From: Acidobacteriaceae bacterium
Lineage (GTDB): Bacteria > Acidobacteriota > Terriglobia > Terriglobales > Acidobacteriaceae
Length of the DNA: 64,000 bases
Assembly (NCBI GenBank): GCA_035605855.1
Contig: DATNGO010000025.1
Span: forward strand, 1,887-65,886
Direction of reading: 5' to 3'
Shown here piece after piece: positions 30,495 through 39,747 of this stretch. Both the position numbers and the translations under genes were made by a program. Below the pieces are notes generated by a model, which had not been told where the DNA came from, made no database searches, and worked only from the letters and a program-made list of their open reading frames with translations. Positions within the stretch are counted from its first letter, which is position 1. Every line of letters begins with the position of its first letter.

Positions 30495-31625
30495 ATGTCT
30501 ATGACCGCAACCAAGGGCCTGCAGGACGTCGTCGCCAACGAGTCCTCCATCTGTTTCATCGACGGCGAGCGCGGCATCCTCTCCTATCGCGGCATAGACA
30601 TCCACGAGCTTGCGCACCACTCAACCTTCGAAGAGACCACATACCTCCTCTGGAACGGTAAGCTGCCCACGGCCGCCGAACTCAAGCAATTCAGCCAGCA
30701 ACTCGCCGCCGCGCGCACCCTGCCGCCCCAGGTCATCGACTTCCTCCGCACGCTTCCGAAAACGGCCTCGCCCATGGAGGTCCTCCGCACCACGGTGTCG
30801 CTGCTGTCCACCTATGAGACCGATGCGAACTCGACCACGCACGCGGCGAACCTCGTCAAGAGCTTCCACCTCACCTCGCAGATCGCGATGATCGTCGCCT
30901 GCTTCGACCGCATCCGCAAGGGAAGCAACCTCGTCGAGCCCGACCGGTCACTCTCGCACGCCGCCAATTTTCTCTGGCTTCTGAATGGCGAAAAGCCCTC
31001 CCCTACAGCAACCCGCGCGCTGGATGTAGCGCTCATCCTTCACGCCGATCACGAACTGAACGCCAGCACCTTCGCCGCGCGCGTCATCGCCGCCACCCTT
31101 TCGGACATGCACTCGGCCATCACTGGCGCCATCGGTGCCCTGAAGGGGCCGTTGCACGGAGGAGCCAACGAGGCCGTCATGCGCATCCTCTATGCCATCG
31201 ACAAGGGGGGCGAGGACCCCGTCGAGCACGTGCGTGGCATGCTGCGGCGCAAGGAGAAGATCTCGGGCTTCGGGCATCGTGTTTACACCACCGAAGACCC
31301 GCGCGCCACGCACCTGCGCCGCATGTCCGAAGAGCTTGGCCGCGACTCCAACCCCAAGTGGTACGAGATGTCACGCAAGATCGAGCTCTTTGTGAAGGAC
31401 CAGAAGAAGCTCAACGCGAACGTCGACTTCTACTCCGCATCCACCTACACCACGCTCGGCATCGACATCGATCTCTTCACACCGATCTTCGCCATCAGCC
31501 GCATCGCCGGCTGGTGTGCCCACGTCATCGAGCAGCATGACGACAACCGGCTCATCCGGCCGCGCGCCGACTATACCGGTCCGGCATACCCCGCGCCCTA
31601 CACGCCGATCGAGAAACGCGGTTAG
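30495..31625 (+). CDS. citrate synthase (short type; citrate or methylcitrate synthase)
   Basis: LHADHELNASTF, KGPLHGGANE, GFGHRVY, NVDFYS. Confidence 0.96.
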   Translation: MSMTATKGLQDVVANESSICFIDGERGILSYRGIDIHELAHHSTFEETTYLLWNGKLPTAAELKQFSQQLAAARTLPPQVIDFLRTLPKTASPMEVLRTTVSLLSTYETDANSTTHAANLVKSFHLTSQIAMIVACFDRIRKGSNLVEPDRSLSHAANFLWLLNGEKPSPTATRALDVALILHADHELNASTFAARVIAATLSDMHSAITGAIGALKGPLHGGANEAVMRILYAIDKGGEDPVEHVRGMLRRKEKISGFGHRVYTTEDPRATHLRRMSEELGRDSNPKWYEMSRKIELFVKDQKKLNANVDFYSASTYTTLGIDIDLFTPIFAISRIAGWCAHVIEQHDDNRLIRPRADYTGPAYPAPYTPIEKRG

Positions 31626-31626
31626 C

Positions 31627-32217
31627 CTACTTCGAACCCGGCGGCACAATACCATTCATGCGCAGATACTCGACCATCTGTCCATAGTGGTCGAATCCAT
31701 GCGCTGAAATAAAGGATGCGATCACCGAACGTGTGTGGAGGCCGTCCACCCCATCAATGGCGACGTAGGCATTCTCAGGAGTGATGCTCGCCAGCGCTTT
31801 GTGCGCGTAGGCAAACGAATCCGCCGCCGCCTTCAACAGTTCATCCTTCGTTGTCAGACCATTGATGGCTTTCCCATCGACCGGCATTTTCTCTCCGAGA
31901 ATCTTCGAAGCGAAATAGTAGTTCGCCGATGTGACGTGCGAAATCTCTTGCGCAAAGGTCCGCACGCCGTCATACTTCGCCCCCTGCGAGGACGCAAAGT
32001 TCGCCGCTGCGGGCGCAAAGCCATACTTATCCGCGGGCATCGCCTTCGCGACACCCATAAAGTCCTGCTCAAAGAGATTCAGCAGCTCATCCTGCGCCTG
32101 CACGGGTGACATCTGGGTGCCGGGAGCCAGCTTCGCACTTGTCGAACCCATCTGCGCAGAACCAGCCAATGTACAGCCACTTAGAATCACAGCGGCGCAG
32201 AAACACCGAAGACGCAT
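31627..32217 (-). CDS. exported DinB-like protein
   Basis: Signal peptide; AMPADKY.F.P, VRTFAQ...H, H..DHYGQMV.YLR.NGIVPP. Confidence 0.85.
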   Translation of the reverse strand: MRLRCFCAAVILSGCTLAGSAQMGSTSAKLAPGTQMSPVQAQDELLNLFEQDFMGVAKAMPADKYGFAPAAANFASSQGAKYDGVRTFAQEISHVTSANYYFASKILGEKMPVDGKAINGLTTKDELLKAAADSFAYAHKALASITPENAYVAIDGVDGLHTRSVIASFISAHGFDHYGQMVEYLRMNGIVPPGSK

Positions 32218-32304
32218 AGATCACCTCGTTTGCAAATTTGCAGCGTTCACAGCCTAGCAGAGCTGCATCACGACTCGCCTCAAAAACGGGTACTCTCGTC
32301 ACAG

Positions 32305-33516
32305 ATGCGTATCGACCTGGACGCCAACGCGACCACGCCCGTCCTCCCCGAGGTCCTGGAGGCGATGCGCCCGTTCTTCCTTGAGCGCTATGGCAACCCC
32401 AGCTCTGCGCATCAGTCCGGCCAGCGCACCCGCTCTGCCGTCGAGCACGCGCGCACCTCCGTCGCCTCCCTGCTCCACTGCAGTCCCAGGGAGATCGTCT
32501 TCACCTCCGGCGGAACCGAGAGCGACAACCTCGCGCTCTCCGGCATCATGCAGCCTTTTCTCGATAAGACCGAACCGGCGCACCTCATCACGACACAGAT
32601 CGAGCATCACGCTGTCCTCTTCGCCGCCGAGTCGCTCCAACACCGAGGCATTGAAGTCACCTACCTGGAACCCGACCGAACCGGCGTCATAAATCCGGCC
32701 GACCTGGAAGCCGCTCTTCGTCCCCACACGAAGCTCGTCAGCATAATGCTGGCCAACAACGAAACCGGCGCCATCCAGCCCGTCGGCAAAATCGCACGCA
32801 TCGCCAAAGCCCACGGAGCGCTCGTTCACACGGATGCCGTGCAGGCCGCCGCGAAGCTCCCGCTGGACCTCTCCGGCGAATTCAAGAATGTTGACCTGCT
32901 CTCCATATCAGGTCACAAAATGTACGCTCCACAAGGCACCGGCGCGCTGTTCGTGCGCAAGGGGCTCGAGCTCGCACCACTCTTCCACGGAGGCCCGCAC
33001 GAGCGCCAGCGCCGCGCCGGCACCGAGAACGTTCCCGGCATCGTTGGCCTTGGCCGCGCTGCAGAGCTCGCCATCGCCTGGCTCGAGGGACAGTACCACC
33101 AGCTCGTCGCTTCCGAGGTCGCTTCTGCTCCGATTCCAGGTTCCCAGTCGCCCGCCGAACTCACCGCACGCCGCAGCCATCTTGAGCGACGCCTGCTCGC
33201 CTTAATACCCGGTGCAGCCATAAACTCCGCCGACGCTCCGCGCATCTCGAACACGATCAATCTCCGCATCGACGACGTCGACGCCGAGGCTCTCCTGATT
33301 GCCCTCGACCTGCAGGGAATCTCCACCAGCTTTGGCGCCGCCTGCATGTCCGGCGCCACCGAGCCATCGCACGTCCTGCTCGCCATGGGGCTCACATCCG
33401 AGCAGGCTCATTCCAGCCTGCGCCTATCGCTTTCGCGTCTCACGACCGACGAAGAGCTCGACCGCGCCCTCGAGATCATCCCTGCAACTGTTGCACGACT
33501 CCGCAACGTGCGTTGA
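32305..33516 (+). CDS. cysteine desulfurase (IscS/NifS type)
   Basis: DANATT, FTSGGTESDN, HTDAVQ, SGHK, RAGTEN, GAAC.SG. Confidence 0.93.
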   Translation: MRIDLDANATTPVLPEVLEAMRPFFLERYGNPSSAHQSGQRTRSAVEHARTSVASLLHCSPREIVFTSGGTESDNLALSGIMQPFLDKTEPAHLITTQIEHHAVLFAAESLQHRGIEVTYLEPDRTGVINPADLEAALRPHTKLVSIMLANNETGAIQPVGKIARIAKAHGALVHTDAVQAAAKLPLDLSGEFKNVDLLSISGHKMYAPQGTGALFVRKGLELAPLFHGGPHERQRRAGTENVPGIVGLGRAAELAIAWLEGQYHQLVASEVASAPIPGSQSPAELTARRSHLERRLLALIPGAAINSADAPRISNTINLRIDDVDAEALLIALDLQGISTSFGAACMSGATEPSHVLLAMGLTSEQAHSSLRLSLSRLTTDEELDRALEIIPATVARLRNVR

Positions 33517-33544
33517 TTTCCCGGCGCGCTCTCCAGCTCCCGCC

Positions 33545-35425
33545 TCACAGATACCAGGGAATATTCACCACCACGATCCGTTGATTGCCCTTCAACAGAA
33601 GCAGCAGCTTCAGCAACTGCACCCGCTGATTATGCAACAGGTTCTCCCACCAGTGGCGCACCACAAGTTCCGGCAACAGCACAGCAATCTTGCGCCCGGG
33701 GTTCTCATCCTCGAGCTTCAGGATGAAGTCCATCAGCGGCGAGAGAATCGTGCGGTACGTGCTGTGCACCATGACTAGTTCCGGCTCCGCACATCCATGC
33801 TCACGAACCGGCTTCAGTACCAGATTCTCCCAGACGGATTCGACCGAATCGAACTCTTCGCTGGACGCCACGTGCACCACCTTCACCACGGGGCTCATCA
33901 GCATTCCAAAGCGCATCGCCTTCTCGCCGATCTTGTCCCACCGCGCCATCGGAATAACAACGATCGGCGGCTCCAGACCAGTCAGACGCAAAGGTGTCGG
34001 ATCACTCGTCTCGATCTTCACTCGCTTGTAGTGTCGCTTCACGGCCGCCATGAGTGCGATGATCATCGGCACCAGGATCACTACTACCCAGGCGCCATAG
34101 ATGAACTTCGTCACCAGCACCACGATCAGCGTGATCCCTGTCGCGGTCGCTCCCAGGCCATTCAAGAACATCTTCACGCGGCGATGCCTGGTGTCCGGCG
34201 TCTTCATCCAGTGCTTGACCATGCCTGCCTGGCTCAGCGTGAATGCCATAAATGCGCCCAGTGCATACAGTGGAATCAGCCGGTCCGTCACACCGTCGAA
34301 AATAATCAGGATCAGCGCCGTAAATCCTGTCAGCGCATAGATTCCGTGTGAAAACAGCAGCCGCCGTCCGCGCAACAGAAACACATGCGGCAGATAGTCT
34401 TTCAGCGCAATCGCCCGCGCCATGCGCGGAAATCCGGCGAACGCCGTATTCGCGCTGAAGGACAACGCCGCCAGCACGCCGCCCATCGTCAGAAAATAAA
34501 ACCACCCTCGCCCGAACACCGCCGCCACCTCAATCGACAGCACACTCTGATAGTTCGGGACATCCGGATCCATCGCCGTCACGCCATATGCGCGCGCCAC
34601 AAACGACAGGCCAAACAGCAGAATGACGAGCACGAAGATAATGACCGTCAGCGTCCGATTCGCGTTCTGCGCCTTTGGCTCTCGAAAAGCCGTGACGCCA
34701 TTGGACACGGCCTCCACGCCGGTCATCGCGGCGCAGCCATTCGAAAATGCCTTCAGCAGTAACCAGATCAACGCAAACTTTGTGAACGTGCCCATCGCCG
34801 GAAGTGGCGGCGGCGGCGCCGTCACCGGCACAGGATGCCCGCCCATCGCGACCGTATGAAAGACACCTACCGCAATCGTCGCCAGCAACGTGCCAACAAA
34901 GATCAGCGTCGGCACCGTAAACGCGACGCCCGATTCCTTGACGCCGCGCAGATTGATGATCACGATGATTGCCAGAATCGCCAGACACAGCGCCAGCTGG
35001 TGCGGATGCAGCTTTGGAAACGCGTCCACCAGTGCCGTAACGCCCGCCGAAATTCCCACCGCGGCCGTCAGAATGTAGTCGATCATCAGCGCCGCGGCCG
35101 CCAGCAGCCCGGCGCCATCACCCAGGTTCTCGCCCGCAACGGTAAACGACCCGCCCCCCGTCGGATACGCGATGATCGTCTGCCGGTAACTGAAATAAAG
35201 AATGATCAGCAGCGCCAAAATCGCCGCGAAGATCGGCAGCAAGTGCAGCTGTACGCCTGCGATGCCCAAAGGAACCAGCAGCACCATCGCTGCTTCCGGG
35301 CCGTATGCGGCGCTGGTCAATCCATCCAGGCCAAAGATGGGAATCCCTGCCGCTACACCAATGTGCTCATCTTTTTCGGCACTGGTCGCCAGCGGCTTGC
35401 CGAATAAAAAATCAAAAATACTCAT
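33545..35425 (-). CDS. APC family permease (KimA/YdaO-like)
   Basis: D..TS.AYG.E, SYRQ...AYP.GGG, DYILT.AV, TGVEAVSNG, LIPLYA.G.F..FTLSQ.GM. Confidence 0.9.
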   Translation of the reverse strand: MSIFDFLFGKPLATSAEKDEHIGVAAGIPIFGLDGLTSAAYGPEAAMVLLVPLGIAGVQLHLLPIFAAILALLIILYFSYRQTIIAYPTGGGSFTVAGENLGDGAGLLAAAALMIDYILTAAVGISAGVTALVDAFPKLHPHQLALCLAILAIIVIINLRGVKESGVAFTVPTLIFVGTLLATIAVGVFHTVAMGGHPVPVTAPPPPLPAMGTFTKFALIWLLLKAFSNGCAAMTGVEAVSNGVTAFREPKAQNANRTLTVIIFVLVILLFGLSFVARAYGVTAMDPDVPNYQSVLSIEVAAVFGRGWFYFLTMGGVLAALSFSANTAFAGFPRMARAIALKDYLPHVFLLRGRRLLFSHGIYALTGFTALILIIFDGVTDRLIPLYALGAFMAFTLSQAGMVKHWMKTPDTRHRRVKMFLNGLGATATGITLIVVLVTKFIYGAWVVVILVPMIIALMAAVKRHYKRVKIETSDPTPLRLTGLEPPIVVIPMARWDKIGEKAMRFGMLMSPVVKVVHVASSEEFDSVESVWENLVLKPVREHGCAEPELVMVHSTYRTILSPLMDFILKLEDENPGRKIAVLLPELVVRHWWENLLHNQRVQLLKLLLLLKGNQRIVVVNIPWYL

Positions 35426-35506
35426 GCCAGCGCAAAATCCTCGGCAGCCCGCAGGGGCACCGTTAGATATCCTACGCTACTCTGTCAAAACAGCTCCCTA
35501 AGTGCC

Positions 35507-37015
35507 TCATTTTCCTGTACCACCCAAGCGACTCCCAAGAGGCACCATCCGGTAAAGCACGAAGATCCGATGCCGCGGCTGATCCTCGTACACATGAAAG
35601 GTCGCTACCTGCCGCAACTCATACTGAGATGAAACCTGGCGGGGAAAATCCTCTTCCCAATCCAGCCACGCGCCCATCCACCCAGGCTTGTAGCGATTGA
35701 GCAGAGGCTGCAACCCATAAGGTTCGTAGAAAGAGATGCCGCGCACGCCGGTAAAAAGACTGATGTCGTCCGCCGCCCCTCCAAACAGCACAGGGTTCAC
35801 ACTGCCGTCCGTGCGAATCCTCTGCGCTACCGCCTTCGCCATATCGCGCTGCGTGTAGGCCGGACGCGACACATATCCCACCGTCTCCACCGTCATCACC
35901 AGCGCCGTTGCCAGCAGAACGACGCCAGCGGCGAGCGCCACCCGGATCATCCCTCTGCGCCAAAGCTCTTCCGCCCCCATCGCCACCACCATCACCAGTG
36001 GCATCGCGACTATCAGGTAATAGCGTGGCTGAAAATTTCCGCGATACACGATGAAGGCGAGATCCACCATTGCGGCCAGCATGGCGGCGGCAAACAGCGG
36101 CTTGCGCCATAGACTGCGCATCCATATAACCGACGCGACCGCCACCGCCAGTCCGATCGGGAACAGTACCGAATTGATCCACAGCCCGCTCACCAGCATT
36201 TGCCGCAGCATCTGGGGCAGGATGGTCAGGTGCGACCGGTAGTTGTTGATCGCGAACACGAACATGAAGTCGTGCAGGTATCTCGGCCGCACCCACGCAA
36301 AAAAGTACACACACCACGCGACCACAGCAGTTGCAATCGATGTCACCACCGGCCGCACCCACGATCGCCCCTCCTTCCTCGCGCGCGCATACAGAAAATA
36401 CAAGATCGATACCACCAGCACGATGGCTGTCGTCTTGGTCCACACCAGCGCAACGATCGCCAGTCCGGTCGCCACGGCTCGCCACCATCCGCCGGCCGCC
36501 GCCTTCCCCGCGACCCATAGCCCCAGCACCCACCAGAAGACCGACGCCGGCTCCAGCAGGGCCATCCGGTCAAACACATAACAGAACGGGTTCGCCGACA
36601 TCAGCAGCGCGGCCCCCGCGCAAATCAGCCACCCGCATTGTTCTTCGCGCAGCAGCTTCACCATCAGCACCAGCGAGACGCCGTACAACAGCACAGCCAG
36701 CACCCGCGCCTGAAGCATCCCTACTCCCGCGATCGAAAACCATCCGCCCAGCATGAGCGGCCACATAGGCATCGCCACGGCCGGATTGAACGAGTCCGGG
36801 AGATACCAATGGCCAAACACAAAGTGGTGCAGCGCTCCTCCGCCATACCACCCCTCATCCGTCGTCTTCGACATATCGGACCACGGCGCGGCATGCGGAA
36901 AGTCAGCCAGGAGATGCACAAACATCAGCACGTACATCGCCGTGGCCCACGCTGCCACCGCCCACACCACTCCGCTCTGCAACCATTGACGGCGCGAAGC
37001 CAAACGAGTCCTCAA
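35507..37015 (-). CDS. ArnT/PMT-like integral membrane glycosyltransferase
   Basis: TDEGWY after first TM, MALLE, TKT, QPRYY, many TMs; start uncertain. Confidence 0.75.
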   Translation of the reverse strand: MRTRLASRRQWLQSGVVWAVAAWATAMYVLMFVHLLADFPHAAPWSDMSKTTDEGWYGGGALHHFVFGHWYLPDSFNPAVAMPMWPLMLGGWFSIAGVGMLQARVLAVLLYGVSLVLMVKLLREEQCGWLICAGAALLMSANPFCYVFDRMALLEPASVFWWVLGLWVAGKAAAGGWWRAVATGLAIVALVWTKTTAIVLVVSILYFLYARARKEGRSWVRPVVTSIATAVVAWCVYFFAWVRPRYLHDFMFVFAINNYRSHLTILPQMLRQMLVSGLWINSVLFPIGLAVAVASVIWMRSLWRKPLFAAAMLAAMVDLAFIVYRGNFQPRYYLIVAMPLVMVVAMGAEELWRRGMIRVALAAGVVLLATALVMTVETVGYVSRPAYTQRDMAKAVAQRIRTDGSVNPVLFGGAADDISLFTGVRGISFYEPYGLQPLLNRYKPGWMGAWLDWEEDFPRQVSSQYELRQVATFHVYEDQPRHRIFVLYRMVPLGSRLGGTGK

Positions 37016-37091
37016 GCGATTGTTCCTATCCTCTTCGCATCATACCGTCACCCATAAGTCGAACCGGTCCCGCTCATTGTTGCCATCTATT

Positions 37092-38303
37092 ATGGAGATC
37101 ATGATCGACGGTTCTGCGCCGACACAAAAGTCTCAACCAGAACCGCATCACAATCCCGCACTCGACGGCATCCGCGGCCTCGCCATTCTCTGCGTGCTCG
37201 GCCACCATCTGATCCATATCAATCAGCAGGCAAGCGGCCCCGTGTACATCTGGTCGCGCGCCTTCGTCGATTCCCTGTGGTGCGGTGTCGACATCTTCTT
37301 CGCCCTCTCCGGATTTCTCATCACCGGAATCCTGGTCCGCACACTGAGCGCTCCCGGCTACTTCCGTAACTTCTACGGCCGCCGCACCCTGCGTATCTTT
37401 CCGCTCTACTACTTCGTGCTCTTCGTGCTTCTTCTGTGCACGCCGTGGCTGCACATCGCCTGGGGCTCACAAATATGGCATCTGCTCACCTACACAAATC
37501 ATCCGTTCCCGCCGCTGCACGACTCGCAATGGTCCTTTTACTTCGGCGGCGACCTCAGCCTGGTCAACTTCTGGTCGCTCCACATCGAAGAACAGTTCTA
37601 TCTATTCTGGCCGCTCCTCGTATTCCTCTTCCGGCTGCCCCGGCGTCTGCTCTTCGTCGCGGGTGGCCTGTCCCTTGTTTCAATCTTGCTTCGCCTCTAC
37701 CTCGCCGCAAAGGGCGTCCCCTACATCGCGATTTACTCCAGTCTCCTCACCCGTCTCGATGCGCTTCTCATCGGAGCCCTCCTCGCACTTCTGCTCTACA
37801 GCCCCGTTCGTCATCGGGTTCTGCGTATCGCTCCCTACGCTCTCTCTGCTTTCCTGCTTGGTCTCGCAGTCGTCTTCGTTCACAATCATGGTCTGCTCTG
37901 GAAAAACGTCTCACCCACTTGCTTCTCGCTGCAGTTCACCCTCATCTCACTTGCCACCACGGCGCTGATTGCCGTCTGCCTCGACAGCGATTCCCGCGTG
38001 ACGCATCTCTTCTCCACCCCCACGCTTCGCTTCTTCGGCCGCTACAGCTACGGCATGTACGTCTACCACTCCGTTCTGCCCATCTTCTACATGGGCGCCT
38101 TTCACCGGCTCATCGCTCCCCTCATCCTCCATCCGGCGATCCAGCACCTTTTGATGACCTTCGCGGAACTGACAACAACCGTCGTCGTCTCCATGCTCAG
38201 CTACCACCTCCTCGAAATGCGCTTCCTCCGCCTCAAGCGCCTCTTCGAGTACCGCGTCCCGGAGTCCCGTCCCGCCATCACCGAATCCCACGCCGTCTCC
38301 TGA
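37092..38303 (+). CDS. acyltransferase family 3 (OafA-like)
   Basis: LDGIRGLAIL.V, GVDIFFALSGFLI, RR.LRIFPLYY, WSL.IEEQFY, SYGMY.YH. Confidence 0.93.
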   Translation: MEIMIDGSAPTQKSQPEPHHNPALDGIRGLAILCVLGHHLIHINQQASGPVYIWSRAFVDSLWCGVDIFFALSGFLITGILVRTLSAPGYFRNFYGRRTLRIFPLYYFVLFVLLLCTPWLHIAWGSQIWHLLTYTNHPFPPLHDSQWSFYFGGDLSLVNFWSLHIEEQFYLFWPLLVFLFRLPRRLLFVAGGLSLVSILLRLYLAAKGVPYIAIYSSLLTRLDALLIGALLALLLYSPVRHRVLRIAPYALSAFLLGLAVVFVHNHGLLWKNVSPTCFSLQFTLISLATTALIAVCLDSDSRVTHLFSTPTLRFFGRYSYGMYVYHSVLPIFYMGAFHRLIAPLILHPAIQHLLMTFAELTTTVVVSMLSYHLLEMRFLRLKRLFEYRVPESRPAITESHAVS

Positions 38304-38349
38304 TCCTCACCGCTAACTGGAGCGGTAGTAAGACAGGTAAACTGCTCAC

Positions 38350-38910
38350 ATGGCATCGCTCTTCGAAATTCCCCTGACGACCCTGTCGGGTGAGCCCATC
38401 TCGCTCGCGTCACATCGCGGCCAGGTTCTTCTCATCGTGAACGTGGCCTCGAAGTGCGGCTTCACGCCGCAGTACACTGGCCTCGAATCCCTCTACCAGC
38501 GCTATAAGGATCAGGGCTTCGCCGTTCTCGGCTTCCCCGCCAACGACTTCGCCGGCCAGGAACCCGGCAGCAACCAGGAGATCGCGAAGTTCTGCTCGAT
38601 CGATTACCCGGTTACCTTCCCCATCTTCGGCAAGATCACCGTCGCCGGACCTGACAAGCATCCGCTCTACCACGAACTCATCACGAAACGTCCTGATCGT
38701 AAATTCAATGACGACGCCTTGCGTGAGGACCTCGCCGGCTACCTGAAGAGCCAGAACCTTCCCGGTCCGAACGATCCGCCTGAGCTCCTTTGGAACTTTG
38801 AGAAGTTTCTGATTGGCCGCGACGGCACAGTACTCGGACGCTTCGCCTCCGATGTTGCTCCCGACGACCCCCGCCTTATCTCCGCGATCGAGCAGGCCCT
38901 CGCCAACTGA
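38350..38910 (+). CDS. glutathione peroxidase family protein (Cys type)
   Basis: VNVASKCG.TPQY, GFPAN.F.GQEP, WNFEKFL. Confidence 0.95.
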   Translation: MASLFEIPLTTLSGEPISLASHRGQVLLIVNVASKCGFTPQYTGLESLYQRYKDQGFAVLGFPANDFAGQEPGSNQEIAKFCSIDYPVTFPIFGKITVAGPDKHPLYHELITKRPDRKFNDDALREDLAGYLKSQNLPGPNDPPELLWNFEKFLIGRDGTVLGRFASDVAPDDPRLISAIEQALAN

Positions 38911-38968
38911 CGCGGCCTGACGCTCGTCTCACTCAAGCAACAATCCCATCTCGTAATATCAAAGGCAC

Positions 38969-39655
38969 ATGACCAATCCATCCGCCACCCGAACCGAATC
39001 CGCGTCCGATCTCCAGAAGATTTATTCGGCGCGATTCTCCGGCCAGCAGGCCTATAGGACCCGCGTCTGGCAGATACTCACTCGCAGCTTCTTCTCGCGA
39101 TGGATCCGGCCCACCGACACAGTTCTGGATCTCGGCTGCGGCTACGGGGAGTTCAGCAATAACATCGCTGCCGGCAAGAAGTTCGCGATGGACCTCAACC
39201 CCTCCGCGCAGTCCTACCTCGGCCCCGAGGTTCAGCTTCTTGAGCAGGATTGCAGCCTGCCCTGGCCGCTTGCCGACCACTCCCTGGACGTCGTCTTCAC
39301 CAGCAACTTTCTCGAGCACCTCCGCGAGAAACCCGCGCTCCAGTCCACCGTTGGCGAGGCCTTCCGCTGCCTCAAGCCCGGCGGTCTCTTCATCGCTCTC
39401 GGTCCGAACATCAAATACCTCGCCGGAGAATATTGGGACTTCTTCGACCACTACACAGCGCTCACCGAGCTCTCCCTCGCCGAAGCCCTGACCATGACCG
39501 GTTTTCAGGTCGAGGAGAAAATTGCGAAGTTCCTCCCCTACTCCATGTCGCAGGGTTCGCAACCTCCGCTGTGGATGCTTCGTCTCTATCTGAAGGTTCC
39601 CTTGCTTTGGAAGATCGCCGGACGGCAGTTCCTCGTCATCGCCCGAAGGCCCTGA
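38969..39655 (+). CDS. class I SAM-dependent methyltransferase
   Basis: VLDLGCGYG, DVVFTSNFLEHL, LKPGG. Confidence 0.9.
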   Translation: MTNPSATRTESASDLQKIYSARFSGQQAYRTRVWQILTRSFFSRWIRPTDTVLDLGCGYGEFSNNIAAGKKFAMDLNPSAQSYLGPEVQLLEQDCSLPWPLADHSLDVVFTSNFLEHLREKPALQSTVGEAFRCLKPGGLFIALGPNIKYLAGEYWDFFDHYTALTELSLAEALTMTGFQVEEKIAKFLPYSMSQGSQPPLWMLRLYLKVPLLWKIAGRQFLVIARRP

Positions 39656-39747
39656 ATCAGGCGCGCCTGTTGCTGAGATTGCAGTGCGGCGTTACCCGCC
39701 GGTTTCGCCCCGCACACATTCCGCAAGAAGGGATTTTGCCCACACCG

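Noticed and set aside
35426-35506. c-di-AMP (ydaO) riboswitch upstream of the KimA-like permease
   Set aside because: The intergenic gap is only 81 nt and lacks the consensus.
39250-39747. N-terminal extension of the 848-aa M61 ORF, suggesting a fusion
   Set aside because: Overlaps the methyltransferase in another frame; a signal peptide begins at ATG 39748.
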